Assembly: GCA_015062445.1 (NCBI GenBank)
Contig: SUUQ01000002.1
Span: forward strand, 23,051-87,050
DNA: 64,000 nucleotides
DNA from: Alphaproteobacteria bacterium
GTDB lineage: Bacteria > Pseudomonadota > Alphaproteobacteria > Rs-D84
Direction: 5' to 3'
Shown one piece after another: positions 8,341-18,129 of the stretch (positions are counted from its first letter, which is position 1; every line of letters starts with the position of its first letter). The position numbers were made by a program, and so were the translations under genes. The notes under the pieces were generated by a model. That model was not told the DNA's origin. It ran no database searches and saw only the letters and a list, made by a program, of their open reading frames with translations.

Positions 8341-10950
8341 ATGATAAAAAAGACAATACTTTCATTTGACCAAAATCGTGCTGCGAATCCGAACGATAAC
8401 GTTTGGGTCCAGGCCAATGCGGGCACCGGCAAAACCAGTGTCTTGGTTCAACGTTTATTACGCATACTATTCCGCACACCCGACTGCACCCAGTCCGGTA
8501 TTTTATGCCTGACATACACAAATGCAGGGGCTGGTGAAATGCGAAACCGTATTCTGCGTGCACTACGTGAATGGGCCACTGCGTCCGACAACGATTTGCG
8601 TGAATTACTGGATGGCATCACGATTAACAAACCTGTTACCGATGCCGACATCGCACACGCACGTGAAATATTCTTTTACTACATCGACAATCCAAATATA
8701 CTAAAGATAAAAACCATCCACGGTTTTTGCGAAGAAATTTTACACAGATTCCCAATCGAAGCCGGACTGTCACCGTCCTGGACACTGGTATCAGATGCAT
8801 CACAACGCGTCTTGCTGCAAGAAACGTTTGACAGAATGATAAACTCTCCCAAACACAACGACAATGTCTACAGCGCATTTGAACACATTGTTGGACGTGT
8901 GTCCGAAAACTATATGACCGAACTATTAAGCATCCTTAGTAACCAGTACAAACAGTTTTTTCAAGTTAAAGACTTTCACAAATATCGCAAACACTTTATT
9001 GATACGACGTATAATTTTTTAGACTTATCAAACAAACCAAACACCGATTTTGACCCAGAAAAACTAAAAAACATTATAAATTGCGCCAAAAGCGATAAAA
9101 AGCCGGCACAGTACTTGGACAAAATTATCAACTTTACCCAACAATACATTAACAATACTATAAATTTCGAAAAATACAAAACCGCATATCTAACCAACGA
9201 ACAAACAAAACGTTCCACAGTTTCAAAGAAAGAATACCTAGTCGACGAACAAAACAGGATTTTTGAAATAAACCAACACAACATCAACCTTCGATTATTC
9301 AACGACACCATCGCCCTGTTTGATTTATCTGCTGCATTTGCCAACGAATACAAACAAATGAAACACAGCCGCAACGTATTGGACTTCGAAGATTTGATTT
9401 TATATACCAGAAAACTGTTTTCGAACCCAGAAACGATGGGATGGGTATTGTCACAGCTGGATTTATCGCTGTCGCATATACTGGTCGACGAAGCCCAAGA
9501 CACATCACCATTACAATGGGACATACTGCGAATGCTGGCCGGCGATTTCTTTGCCGACGGCGACACTCCCACAGACACTCACTCCATGTTTGTGGTCGGC
9601 GACACCAAACAATCAATCTATGGATTCCAGGGCGCAGACCCAAACGCATTTGCCACCAGTCGCACAACAATTGCAAGCCAAATTCAAAATAATATGCGAA
9701 CAATCCAAGAAATTCCTTTAACACAAAGTTTCCGTTCAACCAAAGCGATTTTAGGCACAGTCGACAAATTCTTTTCAGACACTGACGTAATTAATATATC
9801 AAACTTTTCAAACAACACACACAAGTGTTTTCGCACAGATGCCCCAGGTGCCGTTGAAATCCACAAACTTATATCCAAACAAACAGACGAAGTTACCGTA
9901 ACCGAATATGTTCGCACAGTTGCAGACAAGATAAAATCATTAATCGACAGCGGCAAATATGCCGCCAAAGACATAATGGTTCTGGTCCAGCAACGACACC
10001 CAATGGCCGCACCATTAGTTTCTGAATTAAAACGCAAAAACATCGAAGTCGCCGGCAGCGACAGAATTATTCTGCCCAACTTTCCTGCAATTCGAGATTT
10101 GTTAAACCTGGTTCGTTTCTGCATTACACCAGACGACGATTTCAGTTTATGTTGCGTGTTAAAAAGCCCAATGTTCTATTTGACCGAACGTGATATTTTT
10201 GATTTGTGTCAAATTAAAAACGATGCAAAAAACGCATCCAAAACACCAAATCAAAAACCAATCACCAGGACTATTTTTTCAATATTATCTGAAACACATC
10301 CAGACATATATAAACAACTGACCACCATCCAAAAATGGTCAAAAAGCATGGCGCCGTATACATTTTTTTCAAATGTCTTAGACACAAATCACACACGTGA
10401 AAATTTTGTTGCCGCCCTGGGCAACCAGGTAATCGACCCATTGGAAGAATTTATGACAATCTGTCTGGCATACGAACGCACACAACCCGGCACATTATAC
10501 CATTTTATTAAATGGTTTATAACCGGGGGCAGCGAAATCAAACGTGACATGGACGCATCCAGCGGTGTCCGTATTGTCACCGTACACGGCAGCAAAGGTC
10601 TGGAATCGCCAGTTGTATTTTTAATCGACACAATTCGCACACCAACAAACGATGACATTTTACAAATACCATCATCTGACCCAGACATGCCAGTCTGGCT
10701 GTGGGCACCACGTGGCGAAGGCAGTCAAAAACACCAATCGGCGGCAAACAACGCAATGTCGGACCATTTGGCCGAATACTATCGTCTGTTATATGTCGCA
10801 ATGACACGTGCCCGTGACGAATTGTACATATACGGCCACACACCAAACAAGAACCCACCAGACAACGCATGGCACACACATCTGTGGCGCGTATTTGGCA
10901 ACGACACACCGTCAGAACACATCAGGATTACAAATGACGACATTAAATAA
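8341..10950 (+). CDS. addA: AddA-type (UvrD/RecB family) helicase-nuclease, helicase portion; continues after a frame shift
   Basis: Walker A NAGTGKTSVL; UvrD-like motifs (DFEDLILYT, LVDEAQDTSP, VGDTKQSIYGFQGAD, TVHGSKGLESPVVF, LLYVAMTRARDEL); the ORF stops just after helicase motif VI. Confidence 0.8.
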   Translation: MIKKTILSFDQNRAANPNDNVWVQANAGTGKTSVLVQRLLRILFRTPDCTQSGILCLTYTNAGAGEMRNRILRALREWATASDNDLRELLDGITINKPVTDADIAHAREIFFYYIDNPNILKIKTIHGFCEEILHRFPIEAGLSPSWTLVSDASQRVLLQETFDRMINSPKHNDNVYSAFEHIVGRVSENYMTELLSILSNQYKQFFQVKDFHKYRKHFIDTTYNFLDLSNKPNTDFDPEKLKNIINCAKSDKKPAQYLDKIINFTQQYINNTINFEKYKTAYLTNEQTKRSTVSKKEYLVDEQNRIFEINQHNINLRLFNDTIALFDLSAAFANEYKQMKHSRNVLDFEDLILYTRKLFSNPETMGWVLSQLDLSLSHILVDEAQDTSPLQWDILRMLAGDFFADGDTPTDTHSMFVVGDTKQSIYGFQGADPNAFATSRTTIASQIQNNMRTIQEIPLTQSFRSTKAILGTVDKFFSDTDVINISNFSNNTHKCFRTDAPGAVEIHKLISKQTDEVTVTEYVRTVADKIKSLIDSGKYAAKDIMVLVQQRHPMAAPLVSELKRKNIEVAGSDRIILPNFPAIRDLLNLVRFCITPDDDFSLCCVLKSPMFYLTERDIFDLCQIKNDAKNASKTPNQKPITRTIFSILSETHPDIYKQLTTIQKWSKSMAPYTFFSNVLDTNHTRENFVAALGNQVIDPLEEFMTICLAYERTQPGTLYHFIKWFITGGSEIKRDMDASSGVRIVTVHGSKGLESPVVFLIDTIRTPTNDDILQIPSSDPDMPVWLWAPRGEGSQKHQSAANNAMSDHLAEYYRLLYVAMTRARDELYIYGHTPNKNPPDNAWHTHLWRVFGNDTPSEHIRITNDDIK

Positions 10951-11389
10951 TATCATATCTGACTTTATCCAAATCCAACACGCAACATCTGCTGGCATCA
11001 ATATGCACAGCAAACTGCGCCAGATTATAATCGACAACAACACACATGTCGGCGACAAACAGATAATTCAAAAAATATTATCCACACCATCATTACCAGA
11101 CTTTTTTGGCCCAACATCAAAAACCGAAGTCCCAATTGCTGGCACGATACACAACCGCTTTATCAGTCGTCGCATAGATCGCCTGAACATTAATCATGAC
11201 ACAAAAACCATATCTATTTTGGATTACAAGACCGATACAAATCGTCACCAGTTTTACAACGATTATATCAATCAAATAAATGAATATGCCACTTTATTGC
11301 ATAACATATATCCAAACTATCGCATTTTAGGTTACATTTTGTGGACTCATGATTTTTCACTGGAAAACATCCAAATAAAACCATTATAA
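10928..11389 (+). CDS. addA: AddA C-terminal PD-(D/E)xK nuclease domain in the +1 frame relative to 8341-10950; a frameshift or pseudogene junction lies near 10.90-10.95 kb
   Basis: RecB-family nuclease motifs GTIHNRFISRRIDRL ... ILDYKTD; overlaps the upstream ORF in a different frame. Confidence 0.6.
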   Translation, partial: LQMTTLNNIISDFIQIQHATSAGINMHSKLRQIIIDNNTHVGDKQIIQKILSTPSLPDFFGPTSKTEVPIAGTIHNRFISRRIDRLNINHDTKTISILDYKTDTNRHQFYNDYINQINEYATLLHNIYPNYRILGYILWTHDFSLENIQIKPL

Positions 11390-11396
11390 TTCAGCC

Positions 11397-13049
11397 ATGT
11401 TAACAGGATTACACATATCTAACATCGTATTAATCGAACGACTGAACCTGGATTTTGGTTCGGGGCTGAACGTACTAACTGGCGAAACAGGGGCGGGCAA
11501 AAGCATCCTGCTAGACGCACTATCGCTGGCACTGGGTGCCCGATCAGACACAGGTTTAATACGTCACGGTTGTGATGCCGCTTCTGTAATCGCAGAATTT
11601 GACACAATCCCAACTGATGCCTATGATACATTATCAGAATTCGACATTGATACATCTGACGGATTAATTCTGCGCCGTACACTGTCCCCAGACGGCAAAA
11701 GTCGTGCCTGGATTAATGACATACCCGTATCAATAAAGACGTTAAAATCCATTGGCGACATTTTGGTTGAAATTCATGGTCAATTTGCAAATCACACATT
11801 ATTAAACCAATCTACACATCGTAGCACACTGGACAGCTTTGCACAAAAGAACATCATTGGCTTTGATGAACTGCTGTCTGCCACACGTGATGCATACAAA
11901 AAATATCACACTGCACAGCAAAAGCTGTCGCAATTACAAGAAACATTATCTCGCAGTGCATCTGAACGTGATTTTCTGGAACACAATGTCAACGAACTGC
12001 GTCAACTGAATCCACAACCTGGCGAAGAAGATGAACTTTCGACAAAACGCACCAACATGATGAACGCAGAAAAAAATGCCGCCATTATTTCGGATGCACA
12101 CCAAAGCTTGACACCACACGGCACATCATTGGAAACATTGTTATTCAACACAGCCCATATCCTGGAACGAATTCGTGGTGAAATCAATCCATTCCAAGAC
12201 CAAATTGACAAACTGTACGAACTGGCATCATCTGTCGCAGAAATCGCAGACTCGCTGGAACCGGATGCCACAGACACAGACGACATGGACACGATCGAAG
12301 AACGTTTGTTTGCAATTCGTGCTGCCGCACGCAAACACCGCGTCTCTGCAGACGAACTGCCAGAACTGTTATCAAAAATGGAATCCCAGCTAAATGCAAT
12401 TGACAATTCTGATGCGGAACTGCACCGATTGGACACAGACGTAAAAAAATATCGTGCAGAGTTTGATTCCTGCGCAAAAAAACTGTCCGTATTGCGAGCC
12501 GATGCCGCAGATAAGTTACGAACAATGTTACTGGCAGAATTGCCAGATTTGAAACTGGGAAACGCAGACTTTTCGACAGAAATTTCTGACACATCACCAT
12601 CTGGCACGGGTACAGACGACATAACGTTTATGATACGCACAAATCCCGGATCGCCATTTGCACCGTTACATCGTGCAGCATCTGGGGGCGAATTGGCACG
12701 ATTGATGTTGGCAATGCGTGTTGTTTTGGCTGGCACAGACGATTGTCACACATTTGTGTTTGATGAAATTGACACAGGTATCAGTGGTGCCACCGCATCT
12801 GCCGTTGGGGCACGCCTTAATCGCCTGGCGGCGGCCAATCAGGCACTGGTCATAACGCATTCCGCCCAGGTTGCGGGCTATGCCGACAAACACTTCAAGA
12901 TTTCAAAATCGGTCGCTGACAACAAAACAACAACGTCCGTCCATGAAATAACTGCGGACGAACGTTTACACGAAATTGCCCGAATAATCAGCGGTTCCGA
13001 AATAACCCCCGAATCAATCACAATGGCAAAAACGCTTATAAAAGGATAA
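11397..13049 (+). CDS. recN: DNA repair protein RecN
   Basis: 550 aa; N-terminal SMC-like Walker A LTGETGAGKSILLDAL; coiled-coil middle; C-terminal ABC signature and Walker B (LAGTDDCHTFVFDEIDTGISG). Confidence 0.92.
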   Translation: MLTGLHISNIVLIERLNLDFGSGLNVLTGETGAGKSILLDALSLALGARSDTGLIRHGCDAASVIAEFDTIPTDAYDTLSEFDIDTSDGLILRRTLSPDGKSRAWINDIPVSIKTLKSIGDILVEIHGQFANHTLLNQSTHRSTLDSFAQKNIIGFDELLSATRDAYKKYHTAQQKLSQLQETLSRSASERDFLEHNVNELRQLNPQPGEEDELSTKRTNMMNAEKNAAIISDAHQSLTPHGTSLETLLFNTAHILERIRGEINPFQDQIDKLYELASSVAEIADSLEPDATDTDDMDTIEERLFAIRAAARKHRVSADELPELLSKMESQLNAIDNSDAELHRLDTDVKKYRAEFDSCAKKLSVLRADAADKLRTMLLAELPDLKLGNADFSTEISDTSPSGTGTDDITFMIRTNPGSPFAPLHRAASGGELARLMLAMRVVLAGTDDCHTFVFDEIDTGISGATASAVGARLNRLAAANQALVITHSAQVAGYADKHFKISKSVADNKTTTSVHEITADERLHEIARIISGSEITPESITMAKTLIKG

Positions 13050-13053
13050 GAAA

Positions 13054-13437
13054 ATGGAAAAATATTATGTTTATGCTGTAGACAACCATGGTTTTTTTGC
13101 TCAGTCTGTAGCATTAAAAAACAAAGCAGATAGGCTTAAGCAGGTTACAGTATCGCATTTTCCAGACATCCCTATTGGCACAAAGTTCAAGGTCTATGAC
13201 ACAAAAGGCTCGTTTGGGATAACACTGGCATATTCATACAAAGTCAATAATATGCGATACGTTGATCTGCCGTGGCGTCCAACAAATCATGGCATTAAAA
13301 AGTTTTGGAATAATTTAAGTTTTTTTGATCGTGTTCGTCTGAACGCTGATATTAAACAAGCGCTAAGACAGCATGGTGTCGTGCCCGCATTAAACAAAAA
13401 CACAAATCTGCGTTTGTTTTTGGGCAAAACACATTAA
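13054..13437 (+). CDS. hypothetical protein (127 aa), translationally coupled to recN
   Basis: Starts 5 nt after the recN stop with an AAAAGGA ribosome-binding site; no known motif. Confidence 0.5.
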   Translation: MEKYYVYAVDNHGFFAQSVALKNKADRLKQVTVSHFPDIPIGTKFKVYDTKGSFGITLAYSYKVNNMRYVDLPWRPTNHGIKKFWNNLSFFDRVRLNADIKQALRQHGVVPALNKNTNLRLFLGKTH

Positions 13438-13440
13438 TAT

Positions 13441-13466
13441 AAATAAATGCCCGTCTGGGCGTTTAT
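13441..13466. terminator. bidirectional terminator between convergent genes
   Basis: Imperfect hairpin aaataaatgcccgtctgggcgtttattta flanked by A/T runs. Confidence 0.45.
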
Positions 13467-14699
13467 TTATATTTTCATAACACCATCTGCGAATTCGATT
13501 GTAGCAGGTATGCCTGCATCCGCCCGCCCAATAATATTATTGTCTTTATCACGTACAATTGCATAGCCACGCGACAAAACACTTTTATAGCTAAGCGATT
13601 GCAACATCTGCCCCAAATGATTTACCGCTTGCCCCAGCGCCATCATACGATTTTGCAGAATATTTGGGAATGTTGAAACCATATGTATTTTTTGTTTTGC
13701 GATATCAACCTTGGCATTAACCAAGACATTCATTGTCCGCCCCAAATCATCCAATCTTTGCATATGTTCCATAACCAGTTGTTTTGGACTTTTAACATTT
13801 ATCGCTTCCATGCGCTGTTTTGCATTATTCAATCGTGCGACAAAGTTTCCACTTAATCGCATCCACAAATTATCTATATCCTGACTCAGTGCCAATTTTG
13901 TTGGCACCAAGACTTCTGCGGCCCCCGTTGGTGTTGGTGCACGATAATCGGCTGCAAAATCAATTAACATCCAGTCTGGTTCATGTCCCACCCCCGATAT
14001 CAGTGGTATATGACTGGCTGCGGCGGCACGCACGACAATTTCTTCTGAAAAGGGCAGTAAATCTTCCAGTGCCCCGCCACCACGTGCCACGATAATAACA
14101 TCAACATTGTTCATACGATTAAAGTATTCTATACCTGCAGCAACCTCTGTGGCGGCAGACACCCCCTGGACAGTTGCAGGATACAGCAATACATGCACAG
14201 GAAAACGTTCCCGCAATCTATTCTGAATATCCTGGAATGCAGCACCTGTTGGACTGGTTACGATACCGACCCGCTGCGGCAACTTTGGCAGTGGTTTTTT
14301 TCGTGCAGTGTCAAACAACCCTTCGGCGGCCAATTTACGTTTTCTTTCCTCCAGCATTTTCAAGATTGCCCCGACACCCGCCATTTCGATTTCACTGGCA
14401 ATAATCTGATAGTTACTGCGGGCAGGGTACGTTGTAAACCGTCCTGTCAAAATAACTTCCATACCTTCTTCCAGTTTGAATGCAATTGGGGTTCCCCGCC
14501 ATACTATAACCGAGATTGCCGCCCCAGCATCCTTAATTGTCATATAAACATGACCAGACGATGCACGTGTTATTTGCGACAGCTCCCCCCGAATTTTGAT
14601 TCTTGGGAACGCAGTTTCAACAACACCTTTTAACAGCGCCGATGCATCTGAAACACTAAATACAGTATTTCCATCAATTACAGGTTCTGGCTTTTGCAT
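13467..14699 (-). CDS. xseA: exodeoxyribonuclease VII large subunit
   Basis: 410 aa; N-terminal OB-fold region and the conserved core VIIVARGGGALEDLLPFSEE typical of XseA. Confidence 0.9.
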   Translation of the reverse strand: MQKPEPVIDGNTVFSVSDASALLKGVVETAFPRIKIRGELSQITRASSGHVYMTIKDAGAAISVIVWRGTPIAFKLEEGMEVILTGRFTTYPARSNYQIIASEIEMAGVGAILKMLEERKRKLAAEGLFDTARKKPLPKLPQRVGIVTSPTGAAFQDIQNRLRERFPVHVLLYPATVQGVSAATEVAAGIEYFNRMNNVDVIIVARGGGALEDLLPFSEEIVVRAAAASHIPLISGVGHEPDWMLIDFAADYRAPTPTGAAEVLVPTKLALSQDIDNLWMRLSGNFVARLNNAKQRMEAINVKSPKQLVMEHMQRLDDLGRTMNVLVNAKVDIAKQKIHMVSTFPNILQNRMMALGQAVNHLGQMLQSLSYKSVLSRGYAIVRDKDNNIIGRADAGIPATIEFADGVMKI

Positions 14700-14705
14700 A
14701 GTAAA

Positions 14706-15233
14706 TCACCGCTTATCTAGTTCTTTTTTTACACGTTTAATAAAATCTATTTTTTTCATTCCGCCAACCCCGGACATTGGCTTATTAATTGGTTGTCCAA
14801 TTTCATATGGCACGGTCAAGCCCACAAATTGATCACCTGTGGCATCAAAGATTAACCCTGTACTGCGCTCGCGCAAGAATACCACCGTTCCATGTTCCCA
14901 TTGTCCCATTTTTATTGCCATTGGTTCCCACACAGCCGCACCACCGTATAATTCATACACACACGCCGAAGACAGCGCGCACATCCCTTTGGCCCATGGC
15001 TGAACATCATTAAACTGCCGTCTATCAAAAAACTTATTTCTAAAGGCAGTATTCGCATATAATTTTCGCAGCGCCACCACGATTTCATGTAAAGAATAAG
15101 GCACTTCTGCCCTGTATGCCACAGCCGTATCTATTTTATCGGCCCGTGCCAGAATTTTTTGTGTTGCCGCATCATAAGATTTCTTAACATCAACCATACC
15201 GACCAGTATAACACAGCACACTGTTTTATTCAA
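14706..15233 (-). CDS. hypothetical protein (175 aa)
   Basis: ORF tightly packed between xseA and tsaD on the same strand; no recognised motif. Confidence 0.5.
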   Translation of the reverse strand: MNKTVCCVILVGMVDVKKSYDAATQKILARADKIDTAVAYRAEVPYSLHEIVVALRKLYANTAFRNKFFDRRQFNDVQPWAKGMCALSSACVYELYGGAAVWEPMAIKMGQWEHGTVVFLRERSTGLIFDATGDQFVGLTVPYEIGQPINKPMSGVGGMKKIDFIKRVKKELDKR

Positions 15234-15234
15234 A

Positions 15235-16356
15235 CTATAATTCGGTCAATGGCCATCTGGGTCGTGGTGCGATTAGTGTTTTTACAACATTACCAATTCT
15301 GAAATTTTCTAATCCCGCCCACGCAATCATTGCACCATTATCAGTACATAAATTCATTGGCGGCGCTGCAAACACCATCTTGTTTCTCTGTGCCAATTTT
15401 TCAATTGCATTGCGAATTGCGCTGTTTTTTGCAACCCCGCCAGCTACCACCAACGTTTGTGGCGCCAACGTCCGCACACGTTCATCTTTCAACGCATTTG
15501 TTAATCTGTTGATTATACAGTCAACCACTGCCGCCTGAAAAGACGCACAAAAATCATCAATATATTCATCTGTCAGTTCACCAGTATTTTTCGCCAAGAA
15601 CGTACGTGCTGCGGTTTTTATACCGCTGAACGAAAAATCACACCCTGGTTTATCACACAGTGGCCGTGGGAATTTGAATGCTTTTTGATTTCCATTTTGC
15701 GCCCGTTTATCAACAATTGGTCCACCTGGATACCCCAGCCCCAGCATTTTTGCCACCTTATCAAATGCTTCACCGGCGCTGTCATCCAATGTCTGACCAA
15801 TCATTTCGTATTGCCCCACACCCCGCACCAATAAAATTTGACAATGTCCACCAGATGCCAGCATCAACAGATACGGAAAACGCACCACCACATCACCAGC
15901 GCTTCCATCTGCCAATGTTGCTTTTAATCGTGGCACCAACGCATGTCCTTCCAGATGATTAACAGCGACCAGTGGTTTATTTGTTGCCTGCGCAATACCT
16001 GTTGCCGCCATCCACCCGACCAGAACCCCACCGATTAACCCCGGCCCCGCAGTCGCCGCAACAACATCTATATCATCAATTGTTTTTTCTGCCTTGTTCA
16101 GTGTTTGTTTAATAACATCATCAATGGCCAGTATATGCGCACGTGCAGCCAGCTCTGGCACCACACCACCATATTTTTGATGTTCTGGAATCTGCGAATA
16201 AATAATATGCGCCAGTATATTTCTGTCACTGTCAACAATTGCCGCCGATGTTTCATCACAAGACGACTCAATCCCCAGACACAAAACAGGCCGTTCACTG
16301 TGCGCATCAGACTTTGTTATTCCCATATCCATAACGATAATTTTTTCATCTGTCAT
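15235..16356 (-). CDS. tsaD: tRNA N6-adenosine threonylcarbamoyltransferase TsaD (Gcp); the true start is probably an internal Met about 10 codons in
   Basis: LGIESSCDETSAAIV N-terminal motif, HxxxH metal-binding region (VNHLEGHAL) and overall Kae1/TsaD layout. Confidence 0.9.
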   Translation of the reverse strand: MTDEKIIVMDMGITKSDAHSERPVLCLGIESSCDETSAAIVDSDRNILAHIIYSQIPEHQKYGGVVPELAARAHILAIDDVIKQTLNKAEKTIDDIDVVAATAGPGLIGGVLVGWMAATGIAQATNKPLVAVNHLEGHALVPRLKATLADGSAGDVVVRFPYLLMLASGGHCQILLVRGVGQYEMIGQTLDDSAGEAFDKVAKMLGLGYPGGPIVDKRAQNGNQKAFKFPRPLCDKPGCDFSFSGIKTAARTFLAKNTGELTDEYIDDFCASFQAAVVDCIINRLTNALKDERVRTLAPQTLVVAGGVAKNSAIRNAIEKLAQRNKMVFAAPPMNLCTDNGAMIAWAGLENFRIGNVVKTLIAPRPRWPLTEL

Positions 16357-17041
16357 TTTTTATATCCACCAATACGATTCCCAGGTTATGTTTATTTTTC
16401 TGTCTTTGTTTCATATATTGTTTAACATCAACATCAATAACTTTTCCATGTTCACTGGACGCATGCCTCAGCATACCATTTGGCAGCCACAGCCCCATAT
16501 GAACAATCGCCAAATCAGTTCCGATTTTATCACGAATTTTTGGATTGTCAGCAACAAACAACACAATCATTGTTTTTTTCAGATTTACTTCCTTTGCATT
16601 TTCGTATGTAATATATTCAACATCCACAGATTGTATCGGCACATCATAATCGATTCCATGCACGACCTTGAACCAGTTCTTTTTATCAATTACGACTGTA
16701 CGCACATTGACCGGGGCATAATTTTTACTAACATTTTGGACCAAATCCGCATTATTTTTCATCCAATCAGATTCGATAAAATGATTTCGTGATAAAAAAC
16801 CAACCTGTCCATTTTTATATCTTATTTTATTCAGTCTATTTACATCTGCATCTGCCAGCACAGTCTCAACAAATGTGGTGCAATCAAATGCGTCTTCACG
16901 GACCAGTGGATCCATATCTGGCCACATTTCCTCGCCCAGCGGCGAATTTAGATACGGCATTTCCAAATAAGATTGACCGGGCAGGTCACCTTGCACAGAC
17001 ACACACCCGGTCAACAACAAAAGTCCCAAAATACGTCGCAT
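16346..17041 (-). CDS. putative lipoprotein, possibly a DUF1460/transglutaminase-like amidase-fold protein
   Basis: Lipobox LLTGC after a signal peptide; a DCTTFVETVLA cysteine motif is reminiscent of the amidase/transglutaminase-like fold; the family call is tentative. Confidence 0.5.
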   Translation of the reverse strand: MRRILGLLLLTGCVSVQGDLPGQSYLEMPYLNSPLGEEMWPDMDPLVREDAFDCTTFVETVLADADVNRLNKIRYKNGQVGFLSRNHFIESDWMKNNADLVQNVSKNYAPVNVRTVVIDKKNWFKVVHGIDYDVPIQSVDVEYITYENAKEVNLKKTMIVLFVADNPKIRDKIGTDLAIVHMGLWLPNGMLRHASSEHGKVIDVDVKQYMKQRQKNKHNLGIVLVDIKNDR

Positions 17042-17047
17042 AATATG

Positions 17048-17353
17048 TTACATACTTTCCTTCATCTGCATACCTGTATGACACAGTCTTACTGCATCCT
17101 GCACCATAACCTCGTTACTATCTGGCAGTGTTGCGATTTTATCAACACATGCCACCAATACATCAATATTTTTATCTGCCCCTGTAATGATTCTAACTGC
17201 TGCGACACGTCTATCCATTGATGCCGCCCGCCAGTCTTTTATGGATCCTGTTTCTAAATCGCTGCTGCGTTGCGCAAAGAAAAACACAATCATCGTCATC
17301 AGCAACACGGCCACTCCGACAAAAATCTTAAAGTACTTCTTAACAAAATTCAT
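17048..17353 (-). CDS. small membrane protein (101 aa), hypothetical
   Basis: N-terminal transmembrane helix FKIFVGVAVLLMTMIVFFF; same strand as neighbouring operon genes. Confidence 0.45.
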   Translation of the reverse strand: MNFVKKYFKIFVGVAVLLMTMIVFFFAQRSSDLETGSIKDWRAASMDRRVAAVRIITGADKNIDVLVACVDKIATLPDSNEVMVQDAVRLCHTGMQMKESM

Positions 17354-17718
17354 CGTTTATTCTCCCTGCTTTCACGTTTAATTTTATTGATTATATTATT
17401 TTCCATCTGTTCAAACATTTCATATGGCACTTCGTGACAAACAACCCTGTCGACGATTAACTTTGAAGACTTATTCGTATGCAACAGACCACTTGCAGAT
17501 TTTGTACACACGACATCCTGTCCACAAACACGATAAATTGTCGTCCATATTGGCGACAAAACCTCTGTATTTTGTTGCGAATTACGCATCAGTTTTTTTG
17601 CCATTGCCAACGTTGGGCAAATCCAGACATTTGCATCCTGTCTATCCCACTGTGCCCCCACTGAATGAATCTTTTTTTCATTCCCCAGCATATATCCCGT
17701 CAGATTTTTAATTCTCAT
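17350..17718 (-). CDS. hypothetical protein (122 aa)
   Basis: 4-bp overlap with the downstream gene (operon-like packing); no motif recognised. Confidence 0.45.
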   Translation of the reverse strand: MRIKNLTGYMLGNEKKIHSVGAQWDRQDANVWICPTLAMAKKLMRNSQQNTEVLSPIWTTIYRVCGQDVVCTKSASGLLHTNKSSKLIVDRVVCHEVPYEMFEQMENNIINKIKRESRENKR

Positions 17719-17730
17719 ACATTTACACCT

Positions 17731-18078
17731 TTATTCACAGCGAACCAGCCACACATCATAATCTGGGTGCTGCAGTGGATTTTGTCCAGGTTCATTTCGA
17801 TTCATCCAACCGCCAAATATTTGACCTTTATCCATTTCTGTGATTTCTATGAAAACAAAGTGATTTTCTGCATCGAACGGGTCTGTCTGCATACAAGCCC
17901 GCACGTTTACAAACAATTTTTCGAATTGAACTTCTTGATTAACAGGCACTATAACCTCATGCACTTTACCTGCATCTTTATTCATCACTCTTATTACCGC
18001 ATTATCACGATTAACATATGCCATCACAGCATTTGGCATCAACAACAACCCCAGAACTAAACAGAACAATCGTTTCAT
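17731..18078 (-). CDS. secreted small protein, possibly DUF2155 family (common in alphaproteobacteria)
   Basis: Signal peptide MKRLFCLVLGLLLMPNAVMA; size and the ...FVNVRACM..FVFIEI... pattern resemble DUF2155; tentative. Confidence 0.5.
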   Translation of the reverse strand: MKRLFCLVLGLLLMPNAVMAYVNRDNAVIRVMNKDAGKVHEVIVPVNQEVQFEKLFVNVRACMQTDPFDAENHFVFIEITEMDKGQIFGGWMNRNEPGQNPLQHPDYDVWLVRCE

Positions 18079-18129
18079 ACTGACTTATGTTATCGTACTA
18101 TTGGTCTGATGTCAACCACCCTGATTTTT

